A stretch of 64,000 nt of DNA from Alphaproteobacteria bacterium. GTDB lineage: Bacteria > Pseudomonadota > Alphaproteobacteria > UBA828. The stretch lies in assembly GCA_963422645.2 (NCBI GenBank), contig CAXXVO010000015.1:1-64000 (forward strand), read 5' to 3'. Made by a program: the position numbers and the translations under genes. The notes under the pieces were generated by a model. That model saw only the letters and a list, made by a program, of their open reading frames with translations, did no database searches and was not told where the DNA came from. Of the stretch, positions 31,068 through 41,839 are shown one piece after another. The stretch's first letter is position 1, and every line of letters begins with the position of its first letter.

Positions 31068-32318
31068 ATGAAGACGGAAGGCTTGCACGTCGTCCGGCCG
31101 CGCGCGGCGGGTCTGGACGTGCACAAGATGGAGATCACCGCGACGGTTCGCCTCTGTGAGGGCGAGGGTGAGCCGGTGGTGGAGACGCGCTGCTTCGGCA
31201 CGCTGCCGAGCGGTCTGGAGGAGATGGTCGCGTGGCTGACCGGTCACGGCGTCGAGGCTGCGGTGATGGAAGGGACCGGGGTCTACTGGCAGGCGCCCTT
31301 CGCGGCCCTGGAGGCGGCCGGGCTCGAGGCGATCCTGGTGCATGCGCGTCAGGTGAAGCAGTTGAAGGGGCGCAAGACCGACGTGGCGGACAGCGTGTGG
31401 CTGGCCTGCGTGTGCCAGTTCGGGCTCTGCACGCCTTCCCACGTTCCGCCTGAGCCGTTCCGGGAGCTGCGCGCACTGAGCCGCCAGCGCCGCGTCCTGG
31501 TCAGGCAGCGCTCCGCCGTGCGCAACCGCGTGCAGAAGATCATCGACCGCGCCGGTGCGCGCATCGGCGGCATCCTCTCCGACGTCTTCGGCGTCAACGG
31601 CCGGAAGATCCTCGACGGCCTGGCGCAGGGGACGGCGCGCGAGGTCATCCTCGCCTCGCTCACCAGCCACGTTGCGAACAAGCTGGAGGGGCTCGGCGAG
31701 GCGCTCACCCTGAGCCTGGGCGACAACGACCGCTTCATGCTCAACGACCTGCTGGAGGAGCATGACGCGCTTGAGGCGCGCATCGCGTCCTACACCAGGA
31801 AGATCGACGGGCAGATGACACCGTGGGAGGAGCAGCTCCGTCTGCTGACCACCATCCCCGGCATCGACCGCACCGCCGCCTCGACCATCCTCATCGAGAT
31901 CGGCCCCGACATCGGCGTGTTCGCCTCCAAGGAGCACTTCGCCGCCTGGGCCGGGCTCTGCCCCGGCAACAACGAGAGCGGGGGCAAGCGCCGCAACGCA
32001 CGCACCCGCATGGGCTCCAAGACCCTGCGCGCCTGCCTCGTCGAGTGTGCCCACGGCGCGGCCCGAACCAAGGGGTGCCAGTTCGAGGCTCATCACCGCG
32101 CCCTCGCCGCCCGGCGCGGCTACAAGCGCGCCATCGTCGCCGGCGCTCACAAGATGCTGCGCATCATCTATGTGGTGCTCAAGACCGGCAGGCCCTACTA
32201 CGACCGCACGGCCGACTACGACGCTCTGATGGTCAAGCGCAACGCTCCTCGGTGGATCCGCATGCTCCGCCGCTACGGCTACATCGAGCCCGTAGGCGCG
32301 GAACTCAAGGCCGCCTGA
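31068..32318 (+). CDS. IS110 DEDD recombinase
   Basis: Same protein as 23844-25094. Confidence 0.95.
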   Translation: MKTEGLHVVRPRAAGLDVHKMEITATVRLCEGEGEPVVETRCFGTLPSGLEEMVAWLTGHGVEAAVMEGTGVYWQAPFAALEAAGLEAILVHARQVKQLKGRKTDVADSVWLACVCQFGLCTPSHVPPEPFRELRALSRQRRVLVRQRSAVRNRVQKIIDRAGARIGGILSDVFGVNGRKILDGLAQGTAREVILASLTSHVANKLEGLGEALTLSLGDNDRFMLNDLLEEHDALEARIASYTRKIDGQMTPWEEQLRLLTTIPGIDRTAASTILIEIGPDIGVFASKEHFAAWAGLCPGNNESGGKRRNARTRMGSKTLRACLVECAHGAARTKGCQFEAHHRALAARRGYKRAIVAGAHKMLRIIYVVLKTGRPYYDRTADYDALMVKRNAPRWIRMLRRYGYIEPVGAELKAA

Positions 32319-32713
32319 GCGGCCCGCATCTCGTCAGCCGGCTACGCGGGACCGCTTCGGACCACATCGGGGAAGTCCACCGCTCGTCTCCGCCGCGCCG
32401 ACCCTGGCGGTCTCAGCCAACGCCGTGACCTCGGGGTTGGAGCGTCACCGCGCGTCCCTCGCCAGAATCTGTTTCACGGCAATTGCGTGACTACAACTCC
32501 CGGATGACTCGTTGGCACGCAAACCGACAGGTCGTCGTCAACACCTTTGACCGCCACGACTTTGCTTTCAAGTAACTACCCAGGTACCCCAATCCTGAGT
32601 TGAGGACGGTGATTATGGCGGCGGCCGCGGTCTGGTTCTGCCACCGCGATTGGTTCTTGACCTCATAGAGTTGCGGGACTATGGACTGCTCTCTCGCGTG
32701 ACGGGAGCGGTCC

Positions 32714-33379
32714 ATGGGGTATTTCGGCTCGAAGGCGACAGCAGGTCTGTGCCAAGCGCTGATTGCGCTGATGCCGCCGCACTCCGTCTACATCGAAAGC
32801 CACCTTGGGGGCGGGGCGCTGATGAAGCGCAAGCCGCCGGCCGTGCGTTCGATCGGCATCGACCGCGATGCGCAGGCGCTCGAGGCCTTCGTCTGCGACT
32901 ACCCGGTCGATCTGGTTCACGGCTGTGCCCATGACTTCCTGGCCTCGTTCCCGTTCCTGGGCCCGGAGCTGGTTTACAGCGATCCGCCCTATCTGCACGC
33001 GACCCGCCGCTCGGCGCAGCGCTACCGCTTCGAGTACGAGGAGGCCGGCCACGTCGCGCTTCTCGCGCTGCTCAAGGCTCTGCCCTGCCAGGTCATGATC
33101 TCGGGCCATCCGTCGGCGCTCTATGACGAGGTGCTGGCGGGATGGCGCCGGCTGGCGCTGCAGGTCACGACCCAGGGTCTGGTGCGAACCGAGGTCGTCT
33201 GGTTCAACTACGCCCCCGACCGGATGCATTGGGCCAGCCACGCAGGCCGGAACTTCACCGACCGCCAGCGCATCAAGCGCAAGGCAGCCAACTGGGGCCG
33301 GCGCTACCAGGCCTTGCCGCCGGGCGAACGCCTCGCCGTGCTCGCCGCCATGATGGCCGTCGAGGCCGAAGACACGTGA
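32714..33379 (+). CDS. Dam/D12-class adenine methyltransferase
   Basis: Identical protein to 2250-2915. Confidence 0.88.
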   Translation: MGYFGSKATAGLCQALIALMPPHSVYIESHLGGGALMKRKPPAVRSIGIDRDAQALEAFVCDYPVDLVHGCAHDFLASFPFLGPELVYSDPPYLHATRRSAQRYRFEYEEAGHVALLALLKALPCQVMISGHPSALYDEVLAGWRRLALQVTTQGLVRTEVVWFNYAPDRMHWASHAGRNFTDRQRIKRKAANWGRRYQALPPGERLAVLAAMMAVEAEDT

Positions 33380-34785
33380 CGGTGTCGCACTGGCACGAAG
33401 ACCTCGCCGCCCGTAACGAGGCCTTCTGCTGCCTGAAGGAGCTTCTCGAGCCATCATCCCTCGCAACCACTGTCGTCGTTGCCGTCCGGGAATGGGGGCA
33501 GGGGCTGCTGCGATCAGCCACCGCGCTCGCCCGGGAAAATGCCGCACTCGAGCAGGAGAACGCGGCCCTGCGCGAGCGCATCGCCGAACTCGAGCGCAGC
33601 GCGGCCCTCAACAGCACCACAAGCAGCAAGCCCCCCGCCAGCGACGGGCTCAAGAAGAAAAGCGGAGCCCAGAGGCGCACCCAAAGCCAGCGCGGAAAGT
33701 CCGGCGGGCCCAGTGGCGGCCAGCCCGGCCACAAGGGAACCACCCTCGCGCGGAGCGACAGCCCGGACCGTGTCGTCGATCACCACCCCTCCACCTGTTC
33801 CGGTGAGCGCTCAACACGAGCCGCCTTCCCGCCGGGCGTCACCGCCCCGGTCCAGTACGGCCCTCGCATCACCGCTTGGGTGAGTTACCTGCTGTACGCC
33901 CAGTTCGTGCCCGAGAAGCGTCTGGCCGAACTCATGAGCGACATCTTCGCGGTGTCCATCTCCACTGCCACGATCGCCGCCATGGGCCGGCGCACAGCGC
34001 AGCGCTTCGAGGGCTTCCTCGACCATGTCGCCGATCTGATCCGCACGCAGGCGCCGGTCAAGCACCTCGACGAGACCGGCCTGCGTATCGCCGCCCGTAC
34101 CCGCTGGCTCCATGTGCTGTGCACCCCGTTGCTCACCGTCCTGCGCATCGGCGAGGGACGCGGCGATGTCGAAAAGAACCTGAAAGGCATCCTCGTCCAC
34201 GACGACTTCGCCCCCTACTTCACCATCAAGGGCGTCCGCCACGGCGCCTGCAACGCACATCACCTGCGCGAACTCCAGGCCCTGATCGACATCGAGAAGG
34301 AGGAATGGGCGGCGAGCATGCACCGCCTGCTTCAGCGCGCGCGCAGGGCCGCCCGCTTCGCCCGTGAGAAAGACCGTCAAGTCCCCGCCTCCCTGGTGGC
34401 CCGCATCTCAAGGGCATGGGACCGTATCCTCGAAGAAGCCATCGCCTTCCATGAGGCCCAACCGCCGCTCCAGATCGCAAAGCGAGGGCGAAAGAAACGC
34501 CGCATCGGCCACAACCTCGCGCGCCGCCTTCAAAAGCATAAGGAGGGCTGCCTGCGCTTCCTCACCGACCTGCGCACGCCGTTCACGAATAACGAGGCGG
34601 AGCGTGACATCCGTATGAACAAAGTGCATGAGAAGATCTCAGGCGGCTTCCGCTCCCTGCAAGGCGCCTGCAACTTCGCCGGAATGCGCAGCGTCATCGT
34701 CACCGCTCGAAAGCAAGGCTGGAACATCCTGCAAATCCTGGCGCACCCGGAACCGATGCAGCTGATCCCTATACTGCGCTCCTGA
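33376..34785 (+). CDS. IS66 transposase lacking most of the zinc finger
   Basis: 43 aa shorter than copy 1, frame preserved. Confidence 0.88.
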   Translation: MTVSHWHEDLAARNEAFCCLKELLEPSSLATTVVVAVREWGQGLLRSATALARENAALEQENAALRERIAELERSAALNSTTSSKPPASDGLKKKSGAQRRTQSQRGKSGGPSGGQPGHKGTTLARSDSPDRVVDHHPSTCSGERSTRAAFPPGVTAPVQYGPRITAWVSYLLYAQFVPEKRLAELMSDIFAVSISTATIAAMGRRTAQRFEGFLDHVADLIRTQAPVKHLDETGLRIAARTRWLHVLCTPLLTVLRIGEGRGDVEKNLKGILVHDDFAPYFTIKGVRHGACNAHHLRELQALIDIEKEEWAASMHRLLQRARRAARFAREKDRQVPASLVARISRAWDRILEEAIAFHEAQPPLQIAKRGRKKRRIGHNLARRLQKHKEGCLRFLTDLRTPFTNNEAERDIRMNKVHEKISGGFRSLQGACNFAGMRSVIVTARKQGWNILQILAHPEPMQLIPILRS

Positions 34786-34860
34786 ACTTCTCCGGCTCAT
34801 CCTGAGTATCGCTGTCCTCTCATCTTGTTCGCGACGCGGCGTTCATCATCCTCTCGCGCT

Positions 34861-35040
34861 CAAGAGAGTAGGCACCCCCGCGGCGTGGGGGCGTTGACGC
34901 AAAAGGAACTGGCTTGTTCCATAAGAGAGAGGGGGTACCTGGGCAGTTACCAAGAGAGTAGGCACCCCCGCGGCGTGGGGGCGTTGACGCAAAAGGAACT
35001 GGCTTGTTCCATAAGAGAGAGGGGGTACCTGGGCAGTTAC
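34861..35040 (+). repeat. 90-bp direct duplication of the IS66-B right end
   Basis: caagagagtagg...gggcagttac at 34861-34950 and 34951-35040. Confidence 0.95.
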
Positions 35041-38000
35041 CCTTCGGCAGCAATGGCAGGAGACCGGTCTCGGAGAGAAGACCTTCCTTCAGCAGGGCCG
35101 GCAGGGCGGCGAGCACGCCGCCGAAGCGGACACCGCGGGCGGCGGCGGCGAACTGCGGTTCGACCGGCCCCGCCTGTCCACAACTGGCCAGAACCCGAGC
35201 CGGAACATCGCAAGTCGCACGCCCCATCGGCGCCTGCCGGTCCCGCCGATCGCGCGCGCTGCGATCCGTTTGCGGCTGCGCTTCCAGCCCCGGCGCCGTC
35301 TCCGGCCCCGGGGCACCGGTACTCTCTTCATCGACACGGCCTTCAGGAGCCGCACCCGCGTCAGGCGGCGCAGCCAGCGCTGAGCGTCCGGGCTCCCCAT
35401 CCGCCTCCGTGTTGCCGATCAGTCCCTGACGGCGCCACTTGTTGACCGATGGCGCTGACACGCCGAGAACCCGGGCCGCCGCAGAGCCGCTCAGGCCCGA
35501 TGCCAGCAACGCCGTCGCCTTCTCCGCCAACTCCGGAGTGAACACCGACGGCCCGCGACCGCGCCGGGGCTTCATGAACCCCGCTTCGCCCTCGGCCAGG
35601 TAGCGCCGTCGTGCGCGCTGCACCGTCGCGCGCGAGACAGCGAAAGCGTCAGCCAGTTCCTGCGGCGAGACCGCGCTGATCGCCGCGAGGCGGCCGATCC
35701 GCAAGAGCATGGCCGTGCGGTCATCGGCGGCGTGGCTGTCAAAGGGAATGAGGTTGGAAAAGTAGGTGAAGGTGTCGTCCGAGATCAGGACGGCGAAGCA
35801 GCTGTTGCCGATCGAGACCGCCTCTGGAGGGCACATTGGGAGGGTACTGGGCATGGTTGAGACCGTGCAATTGGTATCAAATTATAATATCAGACCTCGG
35901 GCGCGACACCCAGCGAAAAACCGCCTGAAACAACCGAAATGTATCAGAATTCAAGGAGTTCCCGGCACGCTGCCCAGAACAGCCAGCATCACGAGGTCAG
36001 GAAGTCTGAGACTATGCGCAGACGGGTGCCGGGGAAGACCGTTTCGGTGGCGTTCAGGTCGCTCAGAACCGCATCGATCCAACGGTCGCAGGCGTCGTTT
36101 GCGAGGCCAAGAATGTGGACCCGCAGGAGGCCATTGCCAGGATCCGGCAGGATGTCGGCATCGGCGGTGAGCAGCGCTTGAAGCAGTTTCCGGGGATGGG
36201 GCTTGTGGCCCTGCGCCTGCATGACGGGAAGCATCATGCGGGTTTCGGCGCGGTAGGCGATCATCCGGATGACGTCGAGGAGGAGGCGCTCGCGCGCGGG
36301 CAAGGCATCGAGCTGCTCGGCTTCGTCGAGGTCGCCGGCCCGGCAGTGCTTGGGCGTCTCCCTGCGGCTGGCCCTGACGATGTCGCGGACATCCTGGAGG
36401 TCCCTGACTTCCCTCCTGAGTTCCGCCGTCGGCTGCTTCTTCCGGGCCGTGTCGGCGATGCGGTTGCGCAGGCGGCCAAGCTGGCGGTCGAGGCGATGGA
36501 TTGCCTTGTCATAGGCCCGCCGCAGCGGGTTGACGACCATGGCGGCGGGATCGAGAGGCTCGAGCTCGTGGGTCGGCAGGGCGTCGAGATTGAACTCGTC
36601 ACGCATGTACTTGAAGAAGTTCTCCTGCGACCAGCGCGAGAACATGGCGCCCGCAACCTCAGCCATCGGCTTGTGCGGATCGGTGGTGATCAGCGGCACC
36701 TGACGGCCGTTGTCGAGCAGGCGGCGGATCTGGCGCACCCTGAAGCCGTTCGGCAACGTCACCGGCTTCTCAGCCAGCCGCATGGTGGCGCTGCCGTCCG
36801 CCGCCGGTCCGTGAATGGGAACGGTCATCGCGCCGAAGTCCTCGGCCGGCCAGTCCTCGCCCCTGAAGTTCTTGTGCCAGGTCAGGCAGGCGACGCCGCG
36901 CCTCGCCAGCCGGCGGAACAGATCCGGGCTCCAGCCCTCGCGGTCGAAGACCAGGGTGAGCGCCGGCTGGCCGGGATGCTCGGCGGTCAGGTCCGGCGCC
37001 CCGGCGCCAACGATCCCAAGCTCCTGCAGCGCCGGCACCACGTCGGCTTCGATGGCCGCGACCATCTTCGGGTCCAGCGGCTTGTGCAGACAGAGCAGCG
37101 GCTTGCCGCCCAGAGCGTTGATCCAGTAGCTGGCGCTCGCCGGCAGGCACAGCTTCTCGCGCGAGACGAAGTGCTTGGGCAAGCGCCCCTTGCGGCCGGA
37201 GTAGACCTTGACGTGCCCGTCGATGGCCAGCGTCGCCCAGAGCTCCGGCTCGTCGGCGCCTGCCAGCGCCTGGCAAGGGCGAGCTGCCACGCCCGCACGC
37301 CGGCCTCGTCGTCGGCGATGAGAGCGATCTTGCGGCGCAGCGTCTTGACCTCGGGGCAGCGATCGAGGCCGAGAATGGCGCCCCATTCGCCCGGCGCCTG
37401 GTAGCGCAGGCTCTCGGGGTTGCGCACCCGCGCCAAGGTCATGAAGGCCAGGAAGAGCAGGATCGTAGGCAAGCCGTAATAGCCCTTCGGCAGCAATGGC
37501 AGGAGACCGGTCTCGGAGAGAAGACCTTCCTTCAGCAGGGCCGGCAGGGCGGCGAGCACGCCGCCGAAGCGGACACCGCGGGCGGCGGCGGCGAACTGCG
37601 GTTCGACCGGCCCCGCCTGTCCACAACTGGCCAGAACCCGAGCCGGAACATCGCAAGTCGCACGCCCCATCGGCGCCTGCCGGTCCCGCCGATCGCGCGC
37701 GCTGCGATCCGTTTGCGGCTGCGCTTCCAGCCCCGGCGCCGTCTCCGGCCCCGGGGCACCGGTACTCTCTTCATCGACACGGCCTTCAGGAGCCGCACCC
37801 GCGTCAGGCGGCGCAGCCAGCGCTGAGCGTCCGGGCTCCCCATCCGCCTCCGTGTTGCCGATCAGTCCCTGACGGCGCCACTTGTTGACCGATGGCGCTG
37901 ACACGCCGAGAACCCGGGCCGCCGCAGAGCCGCTCAGGCCCGATGCCAGCAACGCCGTCGCCTTCTCCGCCAACTCCGGAGTGAACACCGACGGCCCGCG

Positions 38001-38451
38001 ACCGCGCCGGGGCTTCATGAACCCCGCTTCGCCCTCGGCCAGGTAGCGCCGTCGTGCGCGCTGCACCGTCGCGCGCGAGACAGCGAAAGCGTCAGCCAGT
38101 TCCTGCGGCGAGACCGCGCTGATCGCCGCGAGGCGGCCGATCCGCAAGAGCATGGCCGTGCGGTCATCGGCGGCGTGGCTGTCAAAGGGAATGAGGTTGG
38201 AAAAGTAGGTGAAGGTGTCGTCCGAGATCAGGACGGCGAAGCAGCTGTTGCCGATCGAGACCGCCTCTGGAGGGCACATTGGGAGGGTACTGGGCATGGT
38301 TGAGACCGTGCAATTGGTATCAAATTATAATATCAGACCTCGGGCGCGACACCCAGCGAAAAACCGCCTGAAACAACCGAAATGTATCAGAATTCAAGGA
38401 GTTCCCGGCACGCTGCCCAGAACAGCCAGCATCACGAGGTCAGGAAGTCTG
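35041..38451 (-). mobile_element. Second head-to-tail dimer of IS 'C' (35041-36008 truncated; 36009-38451, transposase start 38297, same frameshift)
   Basis: Same sequence and same gtctg|agact junction as 9280/9281. Confidence 0.9.
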
Positions 38452-38611
38452 AATATATTGTAACTGCCCGTAACTACCCAGGTACCCCAATCCTGAGTTG
38501 AGGACGGTGATTATGGCGGCGGCCGCGGCCTGGTTCTGCCACCGCGATTGGTTCTTGACCTCATAGAGTTGCGGGACTATGGACTGCTCTCTCGCGTGAC
38601 GGGAGCGGTCC

Positions 38612-39277
38612 ATGGGGTATTTCGGCTCGAAGGCGACAGCAGGTCTGTGCCAAGCGCTGATTGCGCTGATGCCGCCGCACTCCGTCTACATCGAAAGCCA
38701 CCTTGGGGGCGGGGCGCTGATGAAGCGCAAGCCGCCGGCCGTGCGTTCGATCGGCATCGACCGCGATGCGCAGGCGCTCGAGGCCTTCGTCTGCGACTAC
38801 CCGGTCGATCTGGTTCACGGCTGTGCCCATGACTTCCTGGCCTCGTTCCCGTTCCTGGGCCCGGAGCTGGTTTACAGCGATCCGCCCTATCTGCACGCGA
38901 CCCGCCGCTCGGCGCAGCGCTACCGCTTCGAGTACGAGGAGGCCGGCCACGTCGCGCTTCTCGCGCTGCTCAAGGCTCTGCCCTGCCAGGTCATGATCTC
39001 GGGCCATCCGTCGGCGCTCTATGACGAGGTGCTGGCGGGATGGCGCCGGCTGGCGCTGCAGGTCACGACCCAGGGTCTGGTGCGAACCGAGGTCGTCTGG
39101 TTCAACTACGCCCCCGACCGGATGCATTGGGCCAGCCACGCAGGCCGGAACTTCACCGACCGCCAGCGCATCAAGCGCAAGGCAGCCAACTGGGGCCGGC
39201 GCTACCAGGCCTTGCCGCCGGGCGAACGCCTCGCCGTGCTCGCCGCCATGATGGCCGTCGAGGCCGAAGACACGTGA
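38612..39277 (+). CDS. Dam/D12-class adenine methyltransferase
   Basis: Identical protein to 2250-2915. Confidence 0.88.
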   Translation: MGYFGSKATAGLCQALIALMPPHSVYIESHLGGGALMKRKPPAVRSIGIDRDAQALEAFVCDYPVDLVHGCAHDFLASFPFLGPELVYSDPPYLHATRRSAQRYRFEYEEAGHVALLALLKALPCQVMISGHPSALYDEVLAGWRRLALQVTTQGLVRTEVVWFNYAPDRMHWASHAGRNFTDRQRIKRKAANWGRRYQALPPGERLAVLAAMMAVEAEDT

Positions 39278-40683
39278 CGGTGTCGCACTGGCACGAAGAC
39301 CTCGCCGCCCGTAACGAGGCCTTCTGCTGCCTGAAGGAGCTTCTCGAGCCATCATCCCTCGCAACCACTGTCGTCGTTGCCGTCCGGGAATGGGGGCAGG
39401 GGCTGCTGCGATCAGCCACCGCGCTCGCCCGGGAAAATGCCGCACTCGAGCAGGAGAACGCGGCCCTGCGCGAGCGCATCGCCGAACTCGAGCGCAGCGC
39501 GGCCCTCAACAGCACCACAAGCAGCAAGCCCCCCGCCAGCGACGGGCTCAAGAAGAAAAGCGGAGCCCAGAGGCGCACCCAAAGCCAGCGCGGAAAGTCC
39601 GGCGGGCCCAGTGGCGGCCAGCCCGGCCACAAGGGAACCACCCTCGCGCGGAGCGACAGCCCGGACCGTGTCGTCGATCACCACCCCTCCACCTGTTCCG
39701 GTGAGCGCTCAACACGAGCCGCCTTCCCGCCGGGCGTCACCGCCCCGGTCCAGTACGGCCCTCGCATCACCGCTTGGGTGAGTTACCTGCTGTACGCCCA
39801 GTTCGTGCCCGAGAAGCGTCTGGCCGAACTCATGAGCGACATCTTCGCGGTGTCCATCTCCACTGCCACGATCGCCGCCATGGGCCGGCGCACAGCGCAG
39901 CGCTTCGAGGGCTTCCTCGACCATGTCGCCGATCTGATCCGCACGCAGGCGCCGGTCAAGCACCTCGACGAGACCGGCCTGCGTATCGCCGCCCGTACCC
40001 GCTGGCTCCATGTGCTGTGCACCCCGTTGCTCACCGTCCTGCGCATCGGCGAGGGACGCGGCGATGTCGAAAAGAACCTGAAAGGCATCCTCGTCCACGA
40101 CGACTTCGCCCCCTACTTCACCATCAAGGGCGTCCGCCACGGCGCCTGCAACGCACATCACCTGCGCGAACTCCAGGCCCTGATCGACATCGAGAAGGAG
40201 GAATGGGCGGCGAGCATGCACCGCCTGCTTCAGCGCGCGCGCAGGGCCGCCCGCTTCGCCCGTGAGAAAGACCGTCAAGTCCCCGCCTCCCTGGTGGCCC
40301 GCATCTCAAGGGCATGGGACCGTATCCTCGAAGAAGCCATCGCCTTCCATGAGGCCCAACCGCCGCTCCAGATCGCAAAGCGAGGGCGAAAGAAACGCCG
40401 CATCGGCCACAACCTCGCGCGCCGCCTTCAAAAGCATAAGGAGGGCTGCCTGCGCTTCCTCACCGACCTGCGCACGCCGTTCACGAATAACGAGGCGGAG
40501 CGTGACATCCGTATGAACAAAGTGCATGAGAAGATCTCAGGCGGCTTCCGCTCCCTGCAAGGCGCCTGCAACTTCGCCGGAATGCGCAGCGTCATCGTCA
40601 CCGCTCGAAAGCAAGGCTGGAACATCCTGCAAATCCTGGCGCACCCGGAACCGATGCAGCTGATCCCTATACTGCGCTCCTGA
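39274..40683 (+). CDS. IS66 transposase lacking most of the zinc finger
   Basis: Same as 33376-34785. Confidence 0.88.
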   Translation: MTVSHWHEDLAARNEAFCCLKELLEPSSLATTVVVAVREWGQGLLRSATALARENAALEQENAALRERIAELERSAALNSTTSSKPPASDGLKKKSGAQRRTQSQRGKSGGPSGGQPGHKGTTLARSDSPDRVVDHHPSTCSGERSTRAAFPPGVTAPVQYGPRITAWVSYLLYAQFVPEKRLAELMSDIFAVSISTATIAAMGRRTAQRFEGFLDHVADLIRTQAPVKHLDETGLRIAARTRWLHVLCTPLLTVLRIGEGRGDVEKNLKGILVHDDFAPYFTIKGVRHGACNAHHLRELQALIDIEKEEWAASMHRLLQRARRAARFAREKDRQVPASLVARISRAWDRILEEAIAFHEAQPPLQIAKRGRKKRRIGHNLARRLQKHKEGCLRFLTDLRTPFTNNEAERDIRMNKVHEKISGGFRSLQGACNFAGMRSVIVTARKQGWNILQILAHPEPMQLIPILRS

Positions 40684-41173
40684 ACTTCTCCGGCTCATCC
40701 TGAGTATCGCTGTCCTCTCATCTTGTTCGCGACGCGGCGTTCATCATCCTCTCGCGCTCAAGAGAGTAGGCACCCCCGCGGCGTGGGGGCGTTGACGCAA
40801 AAGGAACTGGCTTGTTCCATAAGAGAGAGGGGGTACCTGGGCAGTTACAACTGCCCAGGTTCTTGCTGTGAAAATTCTCTGGGATTCGGCACAACGCTAC
40901 CCACGCGACGCCCGTGTGCTCCTCTGGGGTCGCCGGGTTTCACAGCTCACGATGCCCCTCTTGCGGACTGCGACCGGTAAGCTACCCCGATGTGGCCCGA
41001 AGTCCGCCCGCGCGACGGGCACCGATTTTCAGTAACTACCCAGGTACCCCAATCCTGAGTTGAGGACGGTGATTATGGCGGCGGCCGCGGTCTGGTTCTG
41101 CCACCGCGATTGGTTCTTGACCTCATAGAGTTGCGGGACTATGGACTGCTCTCTCGCGTGACGGGAGCGGTCC

Positions 41174-41839
41174 ATGGGGTATTTCGGCTCGAAGGCGACA
41201 GCAGGTCTGTGCCAAGCGCTGATTGCGCTGATGCCGCCGCACTCCGTCTACATCGAGAGCCACCTTGGGGGCGGGGCGCTGACGAAGCGCAAGCCGCCGG
41301 CCGTGCGTTCGATCGGCATCGACCGCGATGCGCAGGCGCTCGAGGCCTTCGTCTGCGACTACCCGGTCGATCTGGTTCACGGCTGTGCCCATGACTTCCT
41401 GGCCTCGTTCCCGTTCCTGGGCCCGGAGCTGGTTTACAGCGATCCGCCCTATCTGCACGCGACCCGCCGCTCGGCGCAGCGCTACCGCTTCGAGTACGAG
41501 GAGGCCGGCCACGTCGCGCTTCTCGCGCTGCTCAAGGCTCTGCCCTGCCAGGTCATGATCTCGGGCCATCCGTCGGCGCTCTATGACGAGGTGCTGGCGG
41601 GATGGCGCCGGCTGGCGCTGCAGGTCACGACCCAGGGTCTGGTGCGAACCGAGGTCGTCTGGTTCAACTACGCCCCCGACCGGATGCATTGGGCCAGCCA
41701 CGCAGGCCGGAACTTCACCGACCGCCAGCGCATCAAGCGCAAGGCAGCCAACTGGGGCCGGCGCTACCAGGCCTTGCCGCCGGGCGAACGCCTCGCCGTG
41801 CTCGCCGCCATGATGGCCGTCGAGGCCGAAGACACGTGA
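41174..41839 (+). CDS. Dam/D12-class adenine methyltransferase (M37T variant)
   Basis: As 2250-2915 with one amino-acid substitution. Confidence 0.88.
   Translation: MGYFGSKATAGLCQALIALMPPHSVYIESHLGGGALTKRKPPAVRSIGIDRDAQALEAFVCDYPVDLVHGCAHDFLASFPFLGPELVYSDPPYLHATRRSAQRYRFEYEEAGHVALLALLKALPCQVMISGHPSALYDEVLAGWRRLALQVTTQGLVRTEVVWFNYAPDRMHWASHAGRNFTDRQRIKRKAANWGRRYQALPPGERLAVLAAMMAVEAEDT

Larger units (their letters stand above)
27179..32482 (+). repeat. Tandem array of three 1768-bp IS110-X copies (27179-28946, 28947-30714, 30715-32482)
   Basis: ORF track repeats at exactly 1768 bp; internal junction cacggc-AA-acagtc. Confidence 0.96.
25870..32571 (+). pseudogene. DUF1156 adenine DNA methylase: frameshift near 27119, split by IS110 array, truncated by IS66-B
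   Basis: LHVWWARRPL, DPTAGGGSIP, DLNPVA, LFSPRQL; reconstructed frame reads ...LALSLDK|LRDYNSRMTRWHANRQVVVNTFDRHDFAFK across the array. Confidence 0.9.
32572..34950 (+). mobile_element. IS66-B (MTase-carrying), copy 2, 129-bp internal deletion
   Basis: Same IRs as copy 1. Confidence 0.93.
38470..40848 (+). mobile_element. IS66-B copy 3 (deleted variant) with 8-bp TSD aactgccc
   Basis: IRs; TSD at 38462-38469 and 40849-40856. Confidence 0.95.
38460..41031 (-). mobile_element. IS66-A right-end fragment split inside its own IR by IS66-B
   Basis: gtaactgccc (38460-38469) resumes as aactgcccaggttcttg at 40849. Confidence 0.9.

Noticed and set aside
34861-35040. CRISPR-like repeat
   Set aside because: Two adjacent IS ends with no spacer; no CRISPR array or cas genes seen in the window
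35870-35895. TATAAT box in the IS 'C' left end as a defined promoter
   Set aside because: No -35 at canonical spacing identified by eye
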